A stretch of 11,159 nt of DNA from Candidatus Fervidifonticultor quintus (lineage in GTDB: Bacteria; Sysuimicrobiota; Sysuimicrobiia; Sysuimicrobiales; Humicultoraceae). The notes beneath the pieces are model-generated. The model was not told the DNA's origin, ran no database searches, and worked only from the letters and a program-made list of their open reading frames with translations. Below, one piece after another: positions 5,245 through 11,159 of this stretch (position 1 is its first letter; every line of letters starts with the position of its first letter). The stretch is from NCBI GenBank assembly GCA_031459535.1, contig JAVKIJ010000091.1, forward strand, positions 1-11,159, read 5' to 3'. Both the position numbers and the translations under genes were made by a program.

Positions 5245-7896
5245 GTGACCCGCGAGCGTTCGCTGACCCCCATGATGCGGCAATACCAAGATCTCAAGGC
5301 GCGCTATCCCGGAGCGCTGCTGATGTTCCGCCTGGGCGACTTCTACGAGCTCTTCTTCGAGGACGCCAAGGTGGCGGCGCGGGAGCTCGACATCGTGCTG
5401 ACGTCGCGGGAAGTGGGCAAGGGGCGGCGTGTGCCGATGTGCGGCGTGCCGCACCACGCCCTCAACGGGTACCTGGCGCGACTGGTGGACCGCGGGTATC
5501 GCGTGGCCATCTGCGACCAGGTCGAGGACCCGCGGACGGCCCGGGGCCTGGTAAAGCGGGACGTCACCAGGGTCGTCACGCCCGGGACGGTCATGGACGC
5601 CTCGATGCTGGAGGCGCGGGAGCACCGGTACCTGGCGGCGGTCGTGGAGCACGACGGCGCGTGGGGACTGGCGGCGGTCGACCTCTCCACGGGCGACTTC
5701 CTCGTGACGCAGGTCGCCGGCGCGGACGCGGCCCGCATCCTGAGCGATGAACTGGCCCGGCTCGATCTGCGCGAGGTCGTGGTGCCCGAGGGCATAGGAG
5801 AACCCGACGCGCTGGCGGCAACCGCGGCCACGCGTACGCCGCTGGAGGCGTGGCGGTTCGAACCGAGCACCGCGCGGCAGGCGCTGCTCCAGCACTTCCG
5901 CGTGGTCTCCCTCGAGGGGTTTGGCATCGAGCAGATGCCGATGGCCACTGCGGCTTCCGGGGCGCTGCTGCAATACCTGCAACAGACCCAGATGAGCCCG
6001 CTGCGCCAGCTCCGAGGGCCCCAGCTTTACAGTACCGACCGGTCCCTGGCCCTGGACGAGACCACCCGGCGCAACCTGGAGTTGCTGCGCAGCCGGCGCG
6101 ACGGCGGGACGGCCGGCACGCTGCTGTCGGTGCTCGACGAAACCGTCACACCAATGGGGGGCCGGCTGCTGCGCGAGTGGCTCCTGCGGCCCCTGGTCGA
6201 CGTCGAGTCCATCGTGCGCCGCCTGGACGCCGTTGCGGCTGCGCTACAGGATCAGGCCAGGCGTAGGACGATCCGGGCGTTGATGCGTGGACTGCCCGAC
6301 CTGGCCCGCCTGGTCGGGCGCATCGGGCACGGGTCGGCCAACGCCCGCGATCTCGTGGCACTGCGCTCGGGGCTGGAGCGCCTGCCAGACCTGAAGGAAG
6401 AGGTTGCACGCCTGGACGACCCGGCGTCATTGGGCCGGCTGGCCGCCGCCATCGATCCACACGCCCAGATCGCGGCGCGCATCAGCCGCGCCATCGTTGA
6501 CGACCCGCCAACGAGCATTCGGGACGGTGGCCTCATCCGGCCCGGGTACGATCGGACGCTGGATGAGCTGCGTAGCGCTGCAGCCGAAGGCAAGGCGTGG
6601 ATTGCTGGTCTGGAGGCCGCAGAGCGCCAGCGGACCGGCATCAAGTCCCTGCGCGTGGGCTTCAACAGAGTCTTTGGCTATTACATCGAGGTGTCAAACG
6701 CCAACAGGCACCTGGTTCCGGCGGAGTACATCCGCAAGCAGACCTTGACGGGAGCGGAGCGATACATCACGCCGCAGATGAAGGACCGCGAAGCCGCCAT
6801 TCTTGGGGCGGAAGAGCGCATGGCGGCCCTGGAGTATGAGCTGTTCGCGGCCCTGCGCGATGAAGTTGCTGCCTCCTCGGGTTCACTGCTGGACACCGCC
6901 CGGGCGCTGGCGGAGGTCGACGTGATCCTGGCCCTGGCAGAAGCCGCCGAGCGCGGCGGCTACACCCGCCCCCAGATCACCGACGCTCCCGTGCTGGAGA
7001 TCAGAGGCGGTCGGCATCCGGTGGTGGAACGTCTGCTCCAGGGCGAGCGGTTCGTGCCCAACGACCTGCACCTCGATGTGCGGGACCGGGCCCTGCTCAT
7101 CGTGACCGGTCCCAACATGGCGGGCAAGAGCACCCTGCTGCGACAGGCCGCGCTCATCACTATCATGGCCCAGATGGGGTCGTTTGTCCCGGCCTCGTCC
7201 GCGCGCATCGGCGTCGCCGACCGCATCTTCACCCGCGTGGGTGCCACAGACGACCTGGCGGCCGGCCGCAGCACGTTCCTGGTCGAGATGCAGGAGGTGG
7301 CCCGCATCCTCTCGGGTGCTACGATCCGGAGCCTGATCATCCTGGACGAGGTGGGCCGGGGCACCAGCACGTACGACGGTATGAGTCTGGCGTGGGCCGT
7401 CGTCGACTACCTGCACGAACGCATCGGGGCCCGCACGCTGTTCGCGACGCACTTTCACGAGCTCACGGAACTGGCCGACCTGCTGCCGCGGGTGCACAAC
7501 ATCGCCATGCAGGTGCGCGAGGAAGGCGACCGCATCGTCTTCCTGCACACCGCAGCCGAGGGCCGGGCCGATCGGTCGTACGGCATCCACGTCGCTCGCC
7601 TGGCCGGTATCCCCGACGAGGTCATCGAGGAGGCCAGGCGCATTCTCCAGCGACTCGAGGCGGCGGCGGCGCGTCCCGGCGAACCGGAGACGCATCGGAT
7701 GCCGGCGCGGGCGCGGGGCGCCCGGCAGTTGCCGCTGGCGCTGGAGTTGCCGTCCCCCATTGACGAGACTTTGCTGAACCTGGCCGTGGAGACCATGACG
7801 CCCCTGGAGGCGTTGCAGACCCTGGCGGACCTGCGTGAGCGCGTACGGAGCCGGCGGGCGCGCGCTGAGGCGCGCGACGATCGGCGGTTTCAATGA
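5245..7896 (+). CDS. mutS: DNA mismatch repair protein MutS (883 aa)
   Basis: TPMMRQY, mismatch-binding GDFYELFFEDA, Walker A TGPNMAGKST, STFLVEM, Walker B DEVGRGTSTYDG, FATHFHEL, SYGIHVARLAG, and a C-terminal clamp-binding-like QLPL. Confidence 0.98.
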   Translation: MTRERSLTPMMRQYQDLKARYPGALLMFRLGDFYELFFEDAKVAARELDIVLTSREVGKGRRVPMCGVPHHALNGYLARLVDRGYRVAICDQVEDPRTARGLVKRDVTRVVTPGTVMDASMLEAREHRYLAAVVEHDGAWGLAAVDLSTGDFLVTQVAGADAARILSDELARLDLREVVVPEGIGEPDALAATAATRTPLEAWRFEPSTARQALLQHFRVVSLEGFGIEQMPMATAASGALLQYLQQTQMSPLRQLRGPQLYSTDRSLALDETTRRNLELLRSRRDGGTAGTLLSVLDETVTPMGGRLLREWLLRPLVDVESIVRRLDAVAAALQDQARRRTIRALMRGLPDLARLVGRIGHGSANARDLVALRSGLERLPDLKEEVARLDDPASLGRLAAAIDPHAQIAARISRAIVDDPPTSIRDGGLIRPGYDRTLDELRSAAAEGKAWIAGLEAAERQRTGIKSLRVGFNRVFGYYIEVSNANRHLVPAEYIRKQTLTGAERYITPQMKDREAAILGAEERMAALEYELFAALRDEVAASSGSLLDTARALAEVDVILALAEAAERGGYTRPQITDAPVLEIRGGRHPVVERLLQGERFVPNDLHLDVRDRALLIVTGPNMAGKSTLLRQAALITIMAQMGSFVPASSARIGVADRIFTRVGATDDLAAGRSTFLVEMQEVARILSGATIRSLIILDEVGRGTSTYDGMSLAWAVVDYLHERIGARTLFATHFHELTELADLLPRVHNIAMQVREEGDRIVFLHTAAEGRADRSYGIHVARLAGIPDEVIEEARRILQRLEAAAARPGEPETHRMPARARGARQLPLALELPSPIDETLLNLAVETMTPLEALQTLADLRERVRSRRARAEARDDRRFQ

Positions 7897-9596
7897 GCCG
7901 CATTCACGTCCTGCCTCGGGCAGTCGCCGAGCGGATCGCAGCAGGCGAGGTCGCTGACCGGCCAGCCTCGGTGGTCAAGGAGCTGATCGAGAACAGCCTG
8001 GACGCCGGGGCGCGGACCATTGCCGTAGAGGTGGAGGGGGTCGGGCTGCGCCTGATACGGGTGAGCGACGACGGCGAGGGGATCCGACCGGAGGACGTAC
8101 CCCTGGCGTTCGAGCGGTTCGCGACGAGCAAGATCACCCGGCTCGAGGACTTGAGTACCACCCGCAGCTTCGGATTCAGGGGCGAGGCGCTGCCGAGCAT
8201 TGCGGCGGTCTCCCGCCTCACGCTGACCACGCGGGTGCCGGGCGAGGCTGTCGGCGTCCGCGCCGTGGCTGTCGGGGGCACCATCGAAAGCCTGACGCCT
8301 CACGGCTCGCCGCCCGGCACCACCGTCGAGGTGACCCGGCTGTTCTTCAACACACCCGCCCGGCTGAAGTTCCTCAGGTCGCTGGCCCGCGAGCAGGCGC
8401 TGATTGCCGAGGTGGTGCAACGCGCGGCCATGGCCAGCCCCGATGTGGCGTTCCACCTGACGCTCGACGGCCGCGAAGCGGGGTGGTGGCCGCGGGGGGC
8501 TGCGGCCGACCGTGTGGCAGACCTGTTGTCCGGCGGACGCTCCGGTGACCTCATCCCGGTCGGAGGCGGCATTCCGGGTGGGACCATGACTGGCTGGTTG
8601 GGCCGGCCGGAGCGCAGCCGCCCCAACCGAACCGGGCAGCACCTCTTCGTCAACCGGCGACCGATTCAGAGCCCGATGCTGCGCCGTGCAGTGGAGCAGG
8701 GGTACGCGCAGCTGCTGCCCGTCGGTCGCCTGCCGATCTTCGCGGTCTACCTCGACGTGGACCCGGCTACCGTGGACGTGAACGTCCACCCGCGCAAGTT
8801 GGAGGTGCGATTCCGCGACGAGGGCCACCTGTTCGCGGCTGTGGCGCGCATCACGCGGCAGGGGCTGCTGGCGAGCCCGCTGATCCGCCAGGTCGCCGAG
8901 GTCCCACCGCGGCAGGCCTCGCTGGCAGCGTCGCTGGCTGAACCGCCCGGTCTCGCCGACGCGTCTCTGCCTCTGTTCCCAGGCACCCGCGAGGCGCCCG
9001 AGACATACTCGACCCGAACTGGACGGCTGCCCGCGCTGAGAGCACTGGGACAGGTCCTGCTGGCCTACATCGCCGCTGACGGGCCCGATGGGCTCTACCT
9101 GATCGACCAGCACGCCGCCCACGAGCGGGTGCTGTACGAACGGATCTTGGCGGCCCGGCGCCGAGGCGGCGTACACAGCCAGACGCTGGCTGTGCCCCTG
9201 GCGCTGGAGCTGACGCCGGCGCAGATGACGCTGGTCGTCGGCTGTCAGGACATGCTGGCCGAACTCGGGTACGCCGTGGAGAGCTTCGGCGCCCGCACCG
9301 TCCTGCTGCGTGCGGTGCCCGCCGTGGCCAACGCAGCCGAGGCCGATGCGCTGCTGCGGCGAGTGGTTGGGGCACTGGCGGACGACGAGGCACGGGATGA
9401 CGTGCTCGAGCGCCTGTCCATTGCCACGGCGTGCCACACGGCGATTCGGGCCGGCGACCGGCTGACGGGCGAGGCCATCGAGACCCTGCTGGCCGATCTG
9501 GCCGCCACCGACGATCCGTACACCTGCTTTCACGGCCGGCCGACCATCGTGCGGGTCTCGCGCCAGCAGCTGGAGCAATGGTTCCTGAGGAGTTGA
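7893..9596 (+). CDS. mutL: DNA mismatch repair endonuclease MutL (567 aa)
   Basis: ATGA overlap with mutS. GHKL motifs VVKELIENSLDAG, DDGEGI and GFRGEAL, plus DVNVHPRK. Endonuclease motif DQHAAHERVLYE, clamp motif QTLAVP, ACH, CFHGRP and FLR. Confidence 0.98.
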   Translation: MSRIHVLPRAVAERIAAGEVADRPASVVKELIENSLDAGARTIAVEVEGVGLRLIRVSDDGEGIRPEDVPLAFERFATSKITRLEDLSTTRSFGFRGEALPSIAAVSRLTLTTRVPGEAVGVRAVAVGGTIESLTPHGSPPGTTVEVTRLFFNTPARLKFLRSLAREQALIAEVVQRAAMASPDVAFHLTLDGREAGWWPRGAAADRVADLLSGGRSGDLIPVGGGIPGGTMTGWLGRPERSRPNRTGQHLFVNRRPIQSPMLRRAVEQGYAQLLPVGRLPIFAVYLDVDPATVDVNVHPRKLEVRFRDEGHLFAAVARITRQGLLASPLIRQVAEVPPRQASLAASLAEPPGLADASLPLFPGTREAPETYSTRTGRLPALRALGQVLLAYIAADGPDGLYLIDQHAAHERVLYERILAARRRGGVHSQTLAVPLALELTPAQMTLVVGCQDMLAELGYAVESFGARTVLLRAVPAVANAAEADALLRRVVGALADDEARDDVLERLSIATACHTAIRAGDRLTGEAIETLLADLAATDDPYTCFHGRPTIVRVSRQQLEQWFLRS

Positions 9597-10528
9597 TCGC
9601 CGCCGGGGCGCTGGCTGTGCTCTGCGGGCCAACGGCGGTGGGAAAGACCGAGGTCGCCATTCCGCTGGCGGAGCGCCTCGGCGCGGAGATTGTCTGCGCG
9701 GATTCCCGCACCGTCTATCGCCGCATGGACATCGGTACGGCCAAACCGCCCGTGGCGCTGCGGCGTCGCGTCCCCCATCACCTCATCGATATCATCGAGC
9801 CCGACGAGCCCTTCACGCTGGCGGACTATCAGCGCCTCGCCACCCGTGCCATCGCCGAAATCCGTGCGCGCGGCCGGCTGCCGCTGCTCGTGGGTGGCAC
9901 GGGCCTCTACATTAGGGCGATCGCAGACCAACTGGTCATTCCGCCGGTACCCCCGGATCAGAGCCTGCGTGCCCGCCTGGAGGCGGAGGAGCGTGAGCAC
10001 GGGCCAGGGCATCTCTACGCCCGGCTGGCCGCCCTCGATCCGCTGGCCGCCCGCAGGATTCATCCCCGCAATCTGCGACGCGTCATCCGGGCACTGGAAG
10101 TCACCATGCTGTCCGGGACGCCGATCTCCCAGCAGCAAGGGCGCGGTTCCCCCTCTGGCCCCCTGGCCGTGGTGGGGCTGACGATGGAGCGCGGAGCGCT
10201 CTACCGGCGGATCGACGCCAGGGTGGACGCGCAACTGGCTGCGGGCCTGGTCGACGAGGTGCGGGGGCTGCTGGCGTCCGGTGTCCCGGCGCATGCGCCG
10301 GCGATGCAGGGACTGGGTTACAGAGAGATTGCCGGGTGGTTGGCCGGCGCCTACGAGCTCGATGAGGCAGTGCGCCGTCTGAAACGCAACACGCGCCGGT
10401 ACGCGAAGCGCCAGCTCACGTGGTTTCGAAGGGATCCGAGGATCGTGTGGGTTCCGACCACGGGAGCCGATGCCGACAGCGTCGCCGCCCGCGTGCATGC
10501 TATCATGGACGCGAAGTTCTCAGGGTAG
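9578..10528 (+). CDS. miaA: tRNA (adenosine(37)-N6)-dimethylallyltransferase
   Basis: P-loop GPTAVGKT, DSRTVYRRMDIGTAKP, VGGTGLY, RVIRALEV, GLGYRE and TRRYAKRQLTWFR. The start is ATG 9578 or TTG 9593, both overlapping the mutL end. The ORF-track start at 9431 is too far upstream. Confidence 0.96.
   Translation: MVPEELIAAGALAVLCGPTAVGKTEVAIPLAERLGAEIVCADSRTVYRRMDIGTAKPPVALRRRVPHHLIDIIEPDEPFTLADYQRLATRAIAEIRARGRLPLLVGGTGLYIRAIADQLVIPPVPPDQSLRARLEAEEREHGPGHLYARLAALDPLAARRIHPRNLRRVIRALEVTMLSGTPISQQQGRGSPSGPLAVVGLTMERGALYRRIDARVDAQLAAGLVDEVRGLLASGVPAHAPAMQGLGYREIAGWLAGAYELDEAVRRLKRNTRRYAKRQLTWFRRDPRIVWVPTTGADADSVAARVHAIMDAKFSG
10498..10506 (+). promoter_or_regulatory. Possible internal extended -10 promoter (TGcTATCAT) inside the miaA 3' end, serving the aminotransferase gene
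   Basis: TG-n-TATCAT (5/6 match to TATAAT) 33 nt upstream of ATG 10540, in a locally AT-richer patch. Confidence 0.4.
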
Positions 10529-10539
10529 AGGAGGGAATG

Positions 10540-11159
10540 ATGCAGTCCGCGCGACTCCGCAGCATCGGCGCCTACCTGTTCGCCGACCTGGATCGCAAAC
10601 AGGATGCACTCCGCGCCAGGGGGGTGGATGTCATCAGCCTCAGCACCGGCGACCCCGATCTTCCCACGCCGGAGCACGTCGTCCGGGCGATGGAGGAAGG
10701 GGCGCGCGACCCAAGCACGCACCGCTACCCACCCTACCAGGGGACGGGCGAATTCCGGAGGGCGGCAGCCGCGTGGTTCGGCCGGCGCTTCGGGGTGGAG
10801 GTGGACCCTGAACGGGAGGTGCTGGCGCTGATCGGATCCAAGGAGGGGCTCGCACACCTACCCTGGGCCGTGCTCAATCCTGGCGACGTGGCGCTGGTAC
10901 CGGATCCCGGATACCCGGTCTACCGGTCGTCAACCATCATGGCCGACGGTGAGCCGTATCCGATGCCCCTGGAGGAGGAGCGGGGATTCCTACCGGACTT
11001 CTCGCACGTCCCAGGGGAGGTCCTGCGCCGGGCGCGTCTCGTGTTTCTGAACTATCCTAACAACCCCACTGGAGCCACAGCCGATCTGCAGTTTTTCGGC
11101 CGAGCCGTAGAGTTTGCCATGGCGCACGGGCTGCTGCTGGTCCACGACAACGCCTACTC
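10540..11159 (+). CDS. dapL: PLP-dependent class I/II aminotransferase, probably LL-diaminopimelate aminotransferase; runs off the 3' end (not in the supplied ORF track)
   Basis: SD AGGAGG at 10529-10534. Manual translation: MQSARLRSIGAYLFADLDRKQDALRARGVDVISLSTGDPDLPTPEHVV...HRYPPYQG...LALIGSKEGLAH...PDPGYPVY...FLNYPNNPTGA...HDNAY. The family is certain, the exact substrate less so. Confidence 0.8.
   Translation, partial: MQSARLRSIGAYLFADLDRKQDALRARGVDVISLSTGDPDLPTPEHVVRAMEEGARDPSTHRYPPYQGTGEFRRAAAAWFGRRFGVEVDPEREVLALIGSKEGLAHLPWAVLNPGDVALVPDPGYPVYRSSTIMADGEPYPMPLEEERGFLPDFSHVPGEVLRRARLVFLNYPNNPTGATADLQFFGRAVEFAMAHGLLLVHDNAY

Noticed and set aside
5237..5248. Mini-ORF ATG ATG CCG TGA overlapping the mutS start
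   Set aside because: No SD, and it starts inside the predicted -10 element, so it is probably not transcribed.
6883..10498. Long minus-strand ORFs (6883..7893, 7890..9632, 8851..9711, 9530..10498)
   Set aside because: Antisense shadows of mutS, mutL and miaA with Arg/Gly/Pro/Gln-rich, non-protein-like composition.
1..11159. CRISPR arrays, IS elements, prophage or defence genes
   Set aside because: I saw no spaced direct repeats, terminal inverted repeats, transposase or integrase motifs, or obvious composition shift. Nearly all bases are accounted for by the listed genes.

Overview
High-GC bacterial chromosomal window that is mostly housekeeping. From the left: the 3' end of selB (+), two tandem paralogous secreted multi-domain proteins of unknown function (-), a complete tRNA-Sec gene (selC, UCA anticodon, +) with its own sigma70-like promoter, a small secreted conserved hypothetical protein (-) and ilvD (-). 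A divergent mutS-mutL-miaA cluster (+) follows, then the 5' part of an LL-diaminopimelate-aminotransferase-like gene (+). I found no mobile element, CRISPR array or selenoprotein gene. The least explained element is the paralog pair that splits selB from selC. Each paralog has a duplicated alpha/beta N-domain, a Pro/Thr linker, two Ig-like domains and four conserved Cys. Secondary points are a non-Watson-Crick pair at the base of the tRNA-Sec acceptor stem, a probable leaderless mutS mRNA and a CFHGRP variant of the MutL motif. The gene content would fit a diderm Terrabacteria-type lineage such as Armatimonadota relatives, but that is only a guess.
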